A stretch of 64,000 nucleotides of DNA from an uncultured Actinomycetes bacterium (GTDB lineage Bacteria > Actinomycetota > Thermoleophilia > UBA2241). This document shows positions 11,644 through 22,794 of this stretch, piece by piece. Under the pieces are notes generated by a model. It had not been told where the DNA came from, made no database searches, and saw only the letters and a program-made list of their open reading frames with translations. Location of the stretch: assembly GCA_963725665.1 (NCBI GenBank), contig CAVRZA010000011.1, forward strand, positions 32,001 to 96,000, given 5' to 3'. Each line of letters begins with the position of its first letter. Position 1 is the stretch's first letter. Position numbers and translations under genes: made by a program.

Positions 11644-13092
11644 ATGCGGGCGCAGGTGTCGTGGACGACTGAGGCGGAGCGGAGACTCATCTGCGAGCAG
11701 GCCATCGGGCTGCTCGAGCGCATGGGCATGCGCTTCGGCGAGGGCAGGGCGCTCGAGACGCTCGCCGGGGCGGGCGCCGACGTCGACCGCGACGCGGGCG
11801 TCGCGCGCATCCCCGGCGAGCTCGTCGAACGCGCTCTCGCCAAGTGCCCGCGGGAGGTCGTGCTCGGCGGGGCGACCCCTGAGTACGACTGCGTCCTCGA
11901 CGGCTCGATCCATTTCGTCAACTCGGGCTCGCCCACCCACACGCTCGACTTCGAGACCGGCGAGTACCGCGGCAGCACCTACGAGGACCTGCGCCGCGCG
12001 ACGATGCTGCTCACACGCATGCCTTCCGTCGATATTCTCTGGGGGATCGTGGCGCCCACCGATCTGCCGCTCGAGGAGCGCATCTTTCGCGAGCTGGCCG
12101 TGCAACTCGTCTACAGCGACCTGCACATCCAGCATGAGATCGAGTACGCGTGGCAGGCCGAGACGTTGCTGCGCATGCTGGAGACTGCGGGCTGTGACGG
12201 CGCCGTCCTACGCGAGAGGCCGAGATTCAGCGTCGTCTGTTGCACCGCCTCGCCCCTGCTCGCCCACGGCCCGATGCTCGACGCCGACCTCGAGCTTGCC
12301 GCTCACGGTGTCCCCATCCTCATCTACCCCATGCCTGTCGCCGGTGGCAACGCGCCGGTGACCGTCGCCGGCGCCGTGACGATGAACATCGCCGAGTTCC
12401 TCGGCGTGGCGACCGCCATCCAGATCGCCCACCCGGGCACGCCGCTGCTCATGGGCGCGGGGACCTCGCTGCTGGACATGAGATCGACGACCTTCTCGTT
12501 CGGCGCGCTCGAGACCGCCCAGATGGTCGCCTGCTGCGTCGAGGTCTCGCATCATCTGGGGATCCCCGTCCTTGCCCCCGGTCTCGCCACCGACGCCAAG
12601 CACCCCGGCATCCAGGCGGGCTACGAGAAGGCCCTCAAGGGTCTCGCCGTCGCCTCGGCGAAGGCCGATCTCATCACCGGCGGCATCGGTCTCTTGAACG
12701 GCGCGAACCTGCTCTACCTGCCGCAGATCGTCATCGACGATGAGATCGCGCAGATGACCAAGCGCCTGCTGAGCGAGGTCGAGATCAGCCCCGAGAGCAT
12801 CATGGCCGACGTCGTCGAGCGCGTGGGCTTCAGCGGCAACTACCTGACACAGCGCGAGACGCGGCAGCGCGTGCGCGCCGGCGAGCAGTTCTACCCGACG
12901 ATCTCCTCGCGCCAGTCGTACGAGGCCTGGGCCGAGGCCGGCAAGGACGAGCTCGATGTGGCCGCGGCCCGTGTGCACGAGCTGCTCACGGAAGCCGAGG
13001 AGCAGGGGCCGGTGCTGGCGCCCGACCAGGTCGCAGAGCTCGACGCGATCGTGGCGGCCGGCGCGCAGCTGGCGAAAGCGCACGAGGAGTAG
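11644..13092 (+). CDS. Trimethylamine methyltransferase (MttB) family protein, non-pyrrolysine
   Basis: Family motifs RIPGELVERAL, SPL, AGGNAPVTVAGA, DMRSTTFSFGALE, TDAKHPGIQAGYEK, IVIDDEI; no in-frame TAG; GAGGAGG RBS. Confidence 0.88.
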   Translation: MRAQVSWTTEAERRLICEQAIGLLERMGMRFGEGRALETLAGAGADVDRDAGVARIPGELVERALAKCPREVVLGGATPEYDCVLDGSIHFVNSGSPTHTLDFETGEYRGSTYEDLRRATMLLTRMPSVDILWGIVAPTDLPLEERIFRELAVQLVYSDLHIQHEIEYAWQAETLLRMLETAGCDGAVLRERPRFSVVCCTASPLLAHGPMLDADLELAAHGVPILIYPMPVAGGNAPVTVAGAVTMNIAEFLGVATAIQIAHPGTPLLMGAGTSLLDMRSTTFSFGALETAQMVACCVEVSHHLGIPVLAPGLATDAKHPGIQAGYEKALKGLAVASAKADLITGGIGLLNGANLLYLPQIVIDDEIAQMTKRLLSEVEISPESIMADVVERVGFSGNYLTQRETRQRVRAGEQFYPTISSRQSYEAWAEAGKDELDVAAARVHELLTEAEEQGPVLAPDQVAELDAIVAAGAQLAKAHEE

Positions 13093-13187
13093 GTCGAGCG
13101 CGGGTCGAAGCCGAACAGCTCTAGCTGGGCCATGCGGAGGCCCGGACACGGCGACAGGCGAGAAGTGGAGAGGACGGCCAGAGCGCG

Positions 13188-14402
13188 ATGAGCGAACTGC
13201 ACGTGGATGAAGACGAGGTGATGCGCGGCTTCCCCGTTCCGGCGAGGGCGCGCATCACTCCCGCCACCGTCTACCGTCCGCCGTTCACGCGCTGGTTCAT
13301 GCAGCACGTGCGCGAGGTGGAAGGGACGGCTGCGGTGCCGCGAGGCAACGGATTGGTATGGGAACTGCCGGCAGCAGAGCGCGAGCTCGGCGCGGCGGCC
13401 GTCGCCGGAGGCGACGGCCGCCGCTGGACAGTCGAGGAGTGGCTGGCGGCGACCGCGACGGATGCTGTCCTCGTACTGCACCACGGGGCCATCGTCTTCG
13501 AACGGTACTTCGGCGGCATGACGCCGGCGACGCAGCACATGTACCAGTCGGTCTCGAAGTCGGTGGGGGCCTGCGTCGCCGCCCGCCTCATCGAGCAGGG
13601 TCTCTTCAGCGCCGACTCACGGCTCACCGACCTCGTGCCCGAGCTCACCGGGAGCGGCTACGACGGCGCCACGGTGCGGCACCTGCTCGACATGCGGGTC
13701 GGGGTGCGCTTCTCGGAGGAGTACGACGATCAGGACTCCGAGATCGCGCGGCTCGACCGGCTCTACGGCGTGCGGCCCAGCCGGCGCGACGACGAGCCTG
13801 GGTCATCGTATGACTTCGCCGCCGAGACCGTCCTCGACGCCGAACACGGGGGTCCGTTCCACTACGTCTCCCTGAACCTGCAGGTGCTCGGCTGGGTGAT
13901 GGAACGGGTGACCGGCCTGCGCCTGCCCGAGTTGATCGGGCGCGAGCTGTGGAGCCAGCTTGGAACGGAGCACGAGGCCTACATCGCCCTCGACGGCGCC
14001 GGCAGCGCCCAGCTCGAGGGCGGCTTCTGCTCGAGCCTGCGGGACCTGGCGCGCTTCGGCCTCATGCTCTGCCGAGACGGCGAGGCCGAAGCGCGCCCAG
14101 TCCTCCCAGCCTCGTGGATCGACGACACCGAGCGCAACGGCGATCGAGACGCCTTCGCCGCCGCCGGCATCCCCGAATCGCAGTACCTGCCGGCGCCCTC
14201 GTACCGCAACAACTTCTGGGTCGCGGACCCGCCCGGGCACGTCGTCTTCATGGGCGTGGGCATCTTCGGGCAGTTCCTCTACGTGGACCGGTCGGCCCAG
14301 CTCGTAGTGGCCAAGTTCGCCACGCAGCCGACGTTCGACGACGCCCTCCTGCTCGCACACGACTTCTGGGCCGCCGAGTCGCTCGCCGACGCGCTGTCGT
14401 GA
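13188..14402 (+). CDS. Serine hydrolase, beta-lactamase class C / NylB (6-aminohexanoate-dimer hydrolase)-like
   Basis: SVSK (SxxK), TVRHLLDMRVG, FHYVS, RDLARFG, GIFGQ. Confidence 0.85.
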   Translation: MSELHVDEDEVMRGFPVPARARITPATVYRPPFTRWFMQHVREVEGTAAVPRGNGLVWELPAAERELGAAAVAGGDGRRWTVEEWLAATATDAVLVLHHGAIVFERYFGGMTPATQHMYQSVSKSVGACVAARLIEQGLFSADSRLTDLVPELTGSGYDGATVRHLLDMRVGVRFSEEYDDQDSEIARLDRLYGVRPSRRDDEPGSSYDFAAETVLDAEHGGPFHYVSLNLQVLGWVMERVTGLRLPELIGRELWSQLGTEHEAYIALDGAGSAQLEGGFCSSLRDLARFGLMLCRDGEAEARPVLPASWIDDTERNGDRDAFAAAGIPESQYLPAPSYRNNFWVADPPGHVVFMGVGIFGQFLYVDRSAQLVVAKFATQPTFDDALLLAHDFWAAESLADALS

Positions 14403-14491
14403 ACGTCGCCGAAGCCGGCGTCCGCCGTGGCGGACTCTGAGGGCGTCGTTTCTCGCTCGAGGGGTACAGTGCGGTCGACAGGAGTGTGCGC

Positions 14492-14713
14492 ATGAGTCGG
14501 CACCGTAAGCATGACACCGGGCCGAGCGAGCCCGTATCCGAGCCGGACCCCATCGTCTACGACGTCCACGGCGTGCCGGTGGGCGTGCGCATCGCCGGCG
14601 TCGAGCAGCACGCCGACGAGACGCGCGCCGCGCGACACCTCGCACGCGTCACAGCGTTGCGCGCGACGCGCGAGCTAGAGGGACGGGAGTGGATCAGCCT
14701 CGGCCTCTTCTGA
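14492..14713 (+). CDS. Small hypothetical protein
   Basis: AGGAG RBS, ATG, GC3-biased codons; no recognisable domain. Confidence 0.45.
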   Translation: MSRHRKHDTGPSEPVSEPDPIVYDVHGVPVGVRIAGVEQHADETRAARHLARVTALRATRELEGREWISLGLF

Positions 14714-14791
14714 GGCCGTAACGCCCGACCGCGGCGAGACGCCGCCCGGCGGCGACGCGGCGGCCGCGCGGCCGCGGACTCGCCCGACGAC

Positions 14792-15631
14792 TCAGGACGC
14801 CTGCTTGACCTCCGCGAGCCCCAGCATCACCCGGGCCTCAGCCGCTGTGGCGATCTCCCGTCCCAACTCTCTCGCGAGACGAACGACGCGCTCCACGAGC
14901 TGCGCGTTGCTGTGCGCGAGCACGCCGCGGCTGTAGTAGATGTTGTCCTCGAGCCCGACTCGGGCGTGGCCGCCCATCACCATGGCCAGCACGGCCATGG
15001 GTAGCTGCGCCTTGCCGATGCCGATGACCGACCAGGTGGCCTCGGCGGGGATCAGGTCGGTGAGATAGAGGAGCGACGCGGCGCTCGCCGGCATCCCGTA
15101 CCTGGTGCCGAGGACGAACTGGAAGTGCAGCGGTCGGCGCAGAAGACCGGCTTCGGCGTAGCGCAGGCACGTGGCCACCATCCCGGCGTCGAAGCACTCG
15201 AGCTCGGGCTTGACGTCGAGCTCGAGCGCTCGCGCCGCCAGCGCGTCGAGGAACTCGGGCGGGTTCAGGAAGACGCCGGCCTCCGTGTTGACGGAGCCGG
15301 CGTCGAACGACGCCATCTCGGGGCGCAGCGACAGCGGCGCGATCCTCTCCTCCGTCGGCAGGTTGCGTCCCGGGATGCCACTGGTGGTCAGACAGATGAT
15401 CGCGTCGGTCTCGCTGCGCAGGCGGGAGACCACGCTCTCGAACACCGCCAGGTCCTGGGTGCCAAGCCCAGTCTGTGGGTCGCGCACGTGCACGTGGACC
15501 ACAGCCGCGCCGGCTCTCCACGCATCGACGCCCGACCGGACGATCTCGTCGGGCGTGATAGGGATGTGCGGCGTCTGCTCCTTGGAGATGCGCGACCCCG
15601 TCAGGCCGGCGGTGATGATCAGCTTGTCCAC
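14792..15631 (-). CDS. Beta-keto acid cleavage enzyme (BKACE/DUF849, Kce-like)
   Basis: KLIITAGLTG, AGAAVVHVHVRD, KPELECFD, GGHARVGLEDN. Confidence 0.92.
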   Translation of the reverse strand: MDKLIITAGLTGSRISKEQTPHIPITPDEIVRSGVDAWRAGAAVVHVHVRDPQTGLGTQDLAVFESVVSRLRSETDAIICLTTSGIPGRNLPTEERIAPLSLRPEMASFDAGSVNTEAGVFLNPPEFLDALAARALELDVKPELECFDAGMVATCLRYAEAGLLRRPLHFQFVLGTRYGMPASAASLLYLTDLIPAEATWSVIGIGKAQLPMAVLAMVMGGHARVGLEDNIYYSRGVLAHSNAQLVERVVRLARELGREIATAAEARVMLGLAEVKQAS

Positions 15632-15649
15632 GAGGCGGCGGACGCGAGA

Positions 15650-15916
15650 CTAGAAGTAAGAACCGTCGCCGGTGCTGACGACGACGGCGGCCGCGAGACG
15701 GTGGATCTCTACCGGGCGGCCAGCGGCGACTTCGTGGCAGGCCCGCAAGACGACCTCGTCACCAATACCGCAGGCAGCCTCGGACCCCCCCTTGCCGGAT
15801 TCATCTTCGTCGGACGCGCGACAACGGCGGCGCCACTCCTGCAACGACACGATCACTCCCACGACCCCCCCTCGCTTTGGCCCCGGTCCACAGCGGCCCC
15901 GCAGGCGCACACCCAT
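15650..15916 (-). CDS. Small hypothetical protein, probably leaderless and co-transcribed with the BKACE gene
   Basis: ATG lies 7 nt after a TAGACT -10 box; VIVSLQEWRRR segment. Confidence 0.4.
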   Translation of the reverse strand: MGVRLRGRCGPGPKRGGVVGVIVSLQEWRRRCRASDEDESGKGGSEAACGIGDEVVLRACHEVAAGRPVEIHRLAAAVVVSTGDGSYF

Positions 15917-15923
15917 GGCCGGC

Positions 15924-15953
15924 AGTCTAGCGGGCCAGCCCGGCCTCAGACAA
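15924..15953 (-). promoter_or_regulatory. Sigma70-type promoter TTGTCT-N18-TAGACT
   Basis: Read on the minus strand just upstream of ATG 15916. Confidence 0.5.
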
Positions 15954-15966
15954 AACCCGTCGGACC

Positions 15967-17187
<1,221 letters not shown>

Positions 17188-17189
17188 CG

Positions 17190-18209
17190 TCAATCCTCTC
17201 CGGAGCTCGTCAGCCGCTCGTGTGTCAGGGTATTCCGCAGGCGCCGCGCTGCCGAGCCCGACGCCGACAGGCGGTCGAGGCCGAGCAGCGCGGCGCCCAC
17301 GACCGGCGGGCCCTGGACGACGCTCACCCGCGCCGCCGGCGCCACTTCGAGGACGCCGCGCTCGATGCGCTTCAGGAAGCGGCGGTCTCCGGCCCTGAAG
17401 AGGCCGCCACCGAGGATCACATCGACGTCGCGCCGCGTCAGGTGCAGCCGCCGCACGGCCGAGACGACCATGGCCACGACCTCGTCGGCCTGCCGGTCGA
17501 GGATGGCACGCGCCACGGCGTCGCCGTCGGCGGCGCACGCGAAGACGAGCGGCGCCAGCCCAGCCGGATAGGGATCGATGCTACCGGTCTGCACCGCCTC
17601 GAGCACGGCGACGACTGAGCGCAGGCCGAAGTGCGCCGGCACAGCTTCCTCGAGCGCGGTGTGCGGTCCGCGGCCGTCCCGGCCGCGGACCGCGGCCCTC
17701 ACGGCCTGCGTCCCCAGCCAGCCGCCGCCGCCGTCGTCGCCGGAGATCTCGCCCAGGGATGCGAAGCGCACGATGCGCCCGTCGGGCGACACTGCCGAGC
17801 AGTTCATGCCGGCGCCGCAGACCACGCCCACGCCCCACGGGCGCTCGGAGCCTGCGCGCAGCACGGCGAAGGTGTCGTTGCGCAGCACGATATCGTCGGC
17901 CAGCGACAGGGAGCGCAGGGCGCGCGTGAGACGGCGGTCGTCGACCGGCAGGTCGTCGCCGGCGAGACAGAAGACGCCGACGCGCGCCAGCGGGCGCGCG
18001 TCGGCGTTGAGGCCGGCCCCGCGCGCCGCGGCGTCCGCGGTGTCGAGCAGGCGGCGTAGCGAGACGTCGTGCAGCTCGGGCGTAAACGGTGTGCCGGCGC
18101 CACGCGCCGCACCCAAGAGGGCGCCGTCCGCACCGACGAGCGCGACGTCGACCTTGGAGTTGCCCCCGTCGACGGCCAGCACGGCGACAGGCTCGCGTAC
18201 GCCGCTCAC
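17190..18209 (-). CDS. BadF/BadG-type amino-sugar kinase (CsnK-like)
   Basis: LAVDGGNSK, NDTFAVLRAG, GVVCGAGMN, GDDGGG, ILGGG. Confidence 0.85.
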   Translation of the reverse strand: MSGVREPVAVLAVDGGNSKVDVALVGADGALLGAARGAGTPFTPELHDVSLRRLLDTADAAARGAGLNADARPLARVGVFCLAGDDLPVDDRRLTRALRSLSLADDIVLRNDTFAVLRAGSERPWGVGVVCGAGMNCSAVSPDGRIVRFASLGEISGDDGGGGWLGTQAVRAAVRGRDGRGPHTALEEAVPAHFGLRSVVAVLEAVQTGSIDPYPAGLAPLVFACAADGDAVARAILDRQADEVVAMVVSAVRRLHLTRRDVDVILGGGLFRAGDRRFLKRIERGVLEVAPAARVSVVQGPPVVGAALLGLDRLSASGSAARRLRNTLTHERLTSSGED

Positions 18210-18853
18210 GGATCCTCCCCACCGATCTCGTCGCGCTCCTCAACGCGGCCAGGCGCGGCGGGATCGGCGAGCTCGTCCAGACGCACGAGCTGCGCGCCCG
18301 CCGCGCGCAGTCCGGCGATGATCCCCGGCAGCGCCGCCGCCGTCGCATCGGGCCAGCTGTGGAGTAGCACCCTCACGTCGGCGTCGAAGCCCCGGCAGCC
18401 GTCGATGACCGCCCTGACCACGTCGTCGGCGAGTCTCCCCGGACGCCAGTCCTTGGGGTCGACGTCCCAGCCCACGTTCTCGTAGCCGACGTGCTCCAGC
18501 GCCACGAGCACGCGGGCATCGTCCTCGCCGTCACCGTAGGGGCAGCGGAACCACGGTCGCAGCCTCGCGCCGGTGTGGTCCGCGATCACCTCCTCGGCGC
18601 GCAGCACGGTGTGCCGGATGCCCTCGTCGGTCATCAGCGTGAGCGGCACGTGGTGGTAGGTGTGGTTGCCGAGCAGGTGCCCGTCGTCGGCGATGCGCTG
18701 CGCGAGGTAGGGGGAGGCCGACGCCCACCGCCCCTGCACGAAGAAAGTCGCACGCACGTCCTCCGCGGCAAGCGCATCGAGCTGTCGCCGCGGATTGGCC
18801 GCATCGGCCGGACGGCTCGGCTGCTCGGCGTCGATCGTCAGCGCGACCTTCAT
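18206..18853 (-). CDS. Polysaccharide deacetylase (CE4/NodB), cytoplasmic
   Basis: ALTIDAE, ATFFVQG, GNHTYHH, FRCPYG, WDVDPKDW, LLH; no signal peptide. Confidence 0.85.
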   Translation of the reverse strand: MKVALTIDAEQPSRPADAANPRRQLDALAAEDVRATFFVQGRWASASPYLAQRIADDGHLLGNHTYHHVPLTLMTDEGIRHTVLRAEEVIADHTGARLRPWFRCPYGDGEDDARVLVALEHVGYENVGWDVDPKDWRPGRLADDVVRAVIDGCRGFDADVRVLLHSWPDATAAALPGIIAGLRAAGAQLVRLDELADPAAPGRVEERDEIGGEDP

Positions 18854-18869
18854 TGCCGCAACGCCTCCG

Positions 18870-20021
18870 TCACTCGTGCAGCGTGACCTTGCTGGCCACG
18901 GTGAACTCCCCCGGCGTCCGCCCGCGCCGCCTGGCGAGCCGCCACGCGAGAAGCTGCGCCGGCAGGACGGCTACGGCCGAAGCGAACGCGTCGGCGACCG
19001 GACCGATGGACAGGCGCGCCGCTCCCTCCGGCGCCTCCCCGCTCTGGCTTACGACGTAGACGGCACTGCCGGCTGCGACCAGGTCGGCCGCCAGGGCGAG
19101 GTCGAGCTCGCGCGTGGCCTTCTCCGTGGCGAAGACAAGTGCCGCCAGGTCAGGCCCGGCCATCTCGAGCGGACCGTGACGGAACTGCCCCGCCTCGAGC
19201 GACTCGGCCAGCAGAGCGGAGGACTCCTTGACCGCCAGCGCGCCCATCTCGGCGGCGGCGCGGGCGCCGCCGCGACCGATCAGTGTGAGCATGGGGCGCC
19301 GGCCGAACCAGGTCGCCAGGCGGTCGGCCTCGGCTTCGGCGTCGCCCAGCAGACGCTCGAGCTCGGCTGCCGCGCGTTCGATCTCGTCCTCCGGCAGCCG
19401 GTCGCCGGACGCCTCGCCGACGACGGCGGCGAGCGTCACGAGCGACGCCGCGAACGTCATCGTCGACGGCCCCTCTTCCGGTCCGACGCGCGTGTCGAGG
19501 CGAATCGCCGCCGATCGCGCAAGCGTGTTGTCGAGGCCGTTCGTGACGCTCGCCAGGATGACTCCCGGGCCCGCGCCGGCCGGCCACCCGACGCCCTGCA
19601 CGCGCCATTCGCCGACCGGCGCAAGATCGGCCCCGGGCGTCACGCTTTCATCTCCTACGCCGGTGGCCCGCTGCAGCCTCTCCGCGAGGGCCACGACCTC
19701 GGCGCTCTCCCCCGACTGGCTCACGCACACCACGAGGGCGCCGGCCGGCAGGGCCCGAAGCCTGAAATGGAGCAACTCGGAGGACACGATCATCGCGCTG
19801 TCGACGCCGCGCCGGGCCAGGGCCGTGACCGGCACGTAGCACTGGTCGTAGGAGCCGCCCATCCCGGTGAAGACGAGCGAGGTCGCGCGCCTCATCGCGG
19901 CGCGCAGGCGCGCGACCTCGCCCCTCTGTTCCTTGAGACCAGCCGCCGCGCGCCGGATGGCTCCGGGCTGGCCCGCGATCTCGGCGAAGAATCTGTCAGG
20001 AAACTTTCCTAACGATTTCAC
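18870..20021 (-). CDS. Double-SIS sugar-phosphate protein (glucosamine-6-phosphate deaminase/GlmS-isomerase-like)
   Basis: EIAGQP, TGMGGS, VSQSGES, STMTF, EMGALAVKE, FRHGPLE, SKVT. Confidence 0.85.
   Translation of the reverse strand: MKSLGKFPDRFFAEIAGQPGAIRRAAAGLKEQRGEVARLRAAMRRATSLVFTGMGGSYDQCYVPVTALARRGVDSAMIVSSELLHFRLRALPAGALVVCVSQSGESAEVVALAERLQRATGVGDESVTPGADLAPVGEWRVQGVGWPAGAGPGVILASVTNGLDNTLARSAAIRLDTRVGPEEGPSTMTFAASLVTLAAVVGEASGDRLPEDEIERAAAELERLLGDAEAEADRLATWFGRRPMLTLIGRGGARAAAEMGALAVKESSALLAESLEAGQFRHGPLEMAGPDLAALVFATEKATRELDLALAADLVAAGSAVYVVSQSGEAPEGAARLSIGPVADAFASAVAVLPAQLLAWRLARRRGRTPGEFTVASKVTLHE
19998..20010. promoter_or_regulatory. CsnR-type ROK operator AGGAAACTTTCCT
   Basis: Perfect AGGAAA-C-TTTCCT palindrome at the junction of the divergent SIS and GH4 genes; matches the Streptomyces CsnR box consensus. 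Confidence 0.75.
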
Positions 20022-20045
20022 TGCGCGCTCATACTACCGTAAGAT
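20017..20045 (+). promoter_or_regulatory. Promoter TTCACT-N17-TAAGAT of a leaderless GH4 gene
   Basis: The -10 box ends 7 nt before ATG 20053; no RBS. Confidence 0.55.
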
Positions 20046-20052
20046 GACCGGC

Positions 20053-21324
20053 ATGGGAATCAAGATCGCGGTCATCGGCGGCGGCAGCACCTACACCCCC
20101 GAGCTCGTCGAGGGCATCGGCCTGCGCCGCCACGTTCTGCCCGTCGACGAGCTCGTCCTGCACGACATCGATGAAGGCCGCCTCGCGATCGTCGGCGGGC
20201 TCGCGCGACGCATCCTGGGCAAGCTCGAGTTTCCCGGCCGTCTCGTGACGACTACCGAGCGAGAGACGGCCATCGACGGGGCGTCGTTCGTGCTCGTGCA
20301 GCTGCGCGTCGGCGGCATGGCGGCGCGCCTGCGCGACGAGACCATCCCGCCGCGCTTCGGCTGCATCGGCCAGGAGACCACCGGCCCGGGCGGCTTCGCC
20401 AAGGCGTTGCGCACCGTTCCCGTGGTCCTCGCGATCGCCGACGACATGCGCCGCCTCGGCGCCCCCGGTGCGTGGCTTCTCGACTTCACCAACCCCGCCG
20501 GTCTCGTCACCCAGGCGCTGCTCGACCACGGTCCCCGCGCCATCGGTCTCTGCAACGTACCCATCGGCTTCCAGCGCGACTTCGCCAAAAGGTTCGGCGT
20601 CGAGCCCGAGCGGGTGCGCCTCGAGCACGTCGGGCTGAACCACCTCTCGTGGGAGCGCAAGGTGCTCGTCGACGGTGTCGACCGCCTGCCGGAGCTGATC
20701 GACCGGCACGCCGACGAACTGGCGCATGAGGTCGAGACGTCACCCCAGCTCGTGCGGCTGCTCGGGGCCATCCCTTCCTACTACCTGCGCTATTACTACT
20801 CGGGGGCCGCGGTGCTTGCCGAGCAGAGAACGGCGCGCCCGCGCGCCGAGGAGGTCATGGAGATCGAGCGCGGGCTGCTCGAGCTGTACCGCGACCCGGC
20901 GCTCGACGTCAAACCGAAGCTCCTCGAGGAGCGCGGCGGCGCTTTCTACTCGGAGGCCTCGGCCATGCTGATCGAGTCGCTCTACTGCGATCGCGGCGAC
21001 GTGCAGGTGGTGAACACCCTTAACCGCGGGGCGATCCCCAACCTGGCTGGCGACGCCGTCGTGGAGGTCGCCTGCCGGATCGACCGCGAGGGGGCCCACC
21101 CCCTCGCGGTCGATCCCCTCGCCCCTGAGATGCTGGGCCTCGTGGAGCAGGCCAAGGCGTATGAAAGGCTTACGGTGCGAGCAGCCGTCGGCGGCGACCG
21201 CGGGATCGCCCTCAAGGCGCTCATGGCGAACCCGCTGGTGCGCGAGTACGAGGTGGCGAAGCGGCTGCTCGAAGCCCTGCTCGTGGCCAACCGGGACTAC
21301 TTGCCGCTCTTCTTCAGCCCGTAG
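20053..21324 (+). CDS. GH4 6-phospho-beta-glucosidase family (CsnH-like)
   Basis: KIAVIGGGSTYTPE, QLRVGG, GQETTGPGG, DFTNPAG, GLCNVP, GLNHL, RGGAFYS. Confidence 0.93.
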   Translation: MGIKIAVIGGGSTYTPELVEGIGLRRHVLPVDELVLHDIDEGRLAIVGGLARRILGKLEFPGRLVTTTERETAIDGASFVLVQLRVGGMAARLRDETIPPRFGCIGQETTGPGGFAKALRTVPVVLAIADDMRRLGAPGAWLLDFTNPAGLVTQALLDHGPRAIGLCNVPIGFQRDFAKRFGVEPERVRLEHVGLNHLSWERKVLVDGVDRLPELIDRHADELAHEVETSPQLVRLLGAIPSYYLRYYYSGAAVLAEQRTARPRAEEVMEIERGLLELYRDPALDVKPKLLEERGGAFYSEASAMLIESLYCDRGDVQVVNTLNRGAIPNLAGDAVVEVACRIDREGAHPLAVDPLAPEMLGLVEQAKAYERLTVRAAVGGDRGIALKALMANPLVREYEVAKRLLEALLVANRDYLPLFFSP

Positions 21325-21399
21325 GCGCGCTCTCCGGCTGCCGGTCCACCCGGGTCTCTGCAGGCGAGTCTCTGCATGGCCTCGCAGCGCAGGAGAAGC

Positions 21400-21452
21400 T
21401 TGACTTCGTCGTAACCCCGGGTCTATGGTCCGTACTAGCAGGAAGGTTTCCT
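21400..21452 (+). promoter_or_regulatory. Promoter TTGACT-N18-TATGGT followed by a second CsnR-type operator AGGAAGGTTTCCT (21440-21452)
   Basis: Seen directly upstream of the ROK gene; 1 mismatch from the 19998 palindrome consensus. Confidence 0.7.
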
Positions 21453-21497
21453 TACTATAAGGAGCCTGACACGGCTACAGGAGCCGGGAGGGGCGCC

Positions 21498-22709
21498 ACG
21501 GGGAGCGACGGGAACACGTTCACCGCCGGTCAGCCACAGCTGCTACGCGCGATCAACGAGCGCGCCGTGCTCGAACTGCTCCGTCGCGGGGCGACATCGC
21601 GGGCCGAGATCGCCCGGCAGAGCGGCCTCTCCAAGCCGACTGTGTCGCTCGCTCTCGTCCGCCTCCTCGACGCCGGCCTCGTGCACGAGGTCGGCCGCGC
21701 GACGGGACGCAAGGGCCCCAGCGCGATGCTCTACGAGCTCAACCCCGGCTCGGGGTGGGTCGTCGGCGTCGACGTCGGCCGCCGCTGGGTACGCGCCGCA
21801 GTGGCCGACATCACAGGCACGATCGTGGCCCGGCGCGACGAGCGCGCGCGCGTCAGGAGCTCGCGCGCGCTCGTCGCGCAGTTGGGCTCGGTCGCCCACG
21901 CCGTGGCTGCCGAGGCCGGCATCGACTGGGCCGCTGTCACGCACGCCACGGTCGGCAGCCCCGGAGTCCTGATCCCCTCGCGGGCGCTGCTGCAGCACGC
22001 ACCGAACCTGCCCGGCTGGGGCAAGCACGGCATCGTCGAGGAGATACGCGGCGAGCTCGGCACCTTCGTGACCTTCGAGAACGACGTCAACCTCGCCACC
22101 CTCGCCGAGCGCGTCCACGGCCTCGGACACGACGTCGACGACTTCGTCTTCCTCTGGGTGGGCACCGGCGTCGGCATGGGCATCGTCGTCGACGGACGTC
22201 TCTGCCGCGGCGCCGGCGGAGCCGCGGGCGAGATCGGCTACCTGCCCATAGGTGAGTCCGATCCGCATGACCCGGCGACACGGCGGCGCGGCCCTCTCGA
22301 AGAGGCGGCCGGCGCCAGCGCTATCGTGAGGCACGCGCGCGCCCTGGGCATGGCGGGCCCCCTCGGACCGCAGCGCATCTTCGCGGCCGCCCGCCGCGGC
22401 GAGGCCGCGGCGCGCGCGGTGGTCGCCGCAGAGGCACGGCGCATCGCCCTCGCCGTCGCCACCGTGGCCCCGGTGCTCGACCCCGAGCTCGTCATCCTCG
22501 GCGGCGGCATAGGCGGCAACGGCGACCTGCTTGTCGAACCAATCGAGCGCGAGCTGCGCTCCCTGAGCCCGTTCCGGCCCCGCCTCGCGGTCTCCGAGCT
22601 GGGCTCGGAGGCCGTGCTCGCCGGGGCCGTGGCAACGGCGCTCGAGGCCGCACAGGAGCGGCTCTTCAGCCGCACACCGGACCTCGACCGCAGGGAGGTA
22701 CCGGTCTAG
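21498..22709 (+). CDS. ROK-family transcriptional repressor (CsnR-like)
   Basis: HTH (LLRAINERAVLELL...SRAEIARQSGLSKPTVS), GVDVG, ENDVNLA, GTGVGMG, GAAGEIGY, ILGGG. Start uncertain: first canonical GTG is 21567, but homology extends upstream to an ACG at 21498. Confidence 0.9.
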   Translation, partial: TGSDGNTFTAGQPQLLRAINERAVLELLRRGATSRAEIARQSGLSKPTVSLALVRLLDAGLVHEVGRATGRKGPSAMLYELNPGSGWVVGVDVGRRWVRAAVADITGTIVARRDERARVRSSRALVAQLGSVAHAVAAEAGIDWAAVTHATVGSPGVLIPSRALLQHAPNLPGWGKHGIVEEIRGELGTFVTFENDVNLATLAERVHGLGHDVDDFVFLWVGTGVGMGIVVDGRLCRGAGGAAGEIGYLPIGESDPHDPATRRRGPLEEAAGASAIVRHARALGMAGPLGPQRIFAAARRGEAAARAVVAAEARRIALAVATVAPVLDPELVILGGGIGGNGDLLVEPIERELRSLSPFRPRLAVSELGSEAVLAGAVATALEAAQERLFSRTPDLDRREVPV

Positions 22710-22794
22710 AGAAGGCCGACGAGTCGCGACGCCGGGCGACGCTCACTTCGTCAGAACAGCTGCAAGGAGCCAACTGGGCAGGGGAGGACGAGAG

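Noticed and set aside
11644-13092. Pyrrolysine-containing methyltransferase
   Set aside because: No in-frame TAG and no pyl genes in the window
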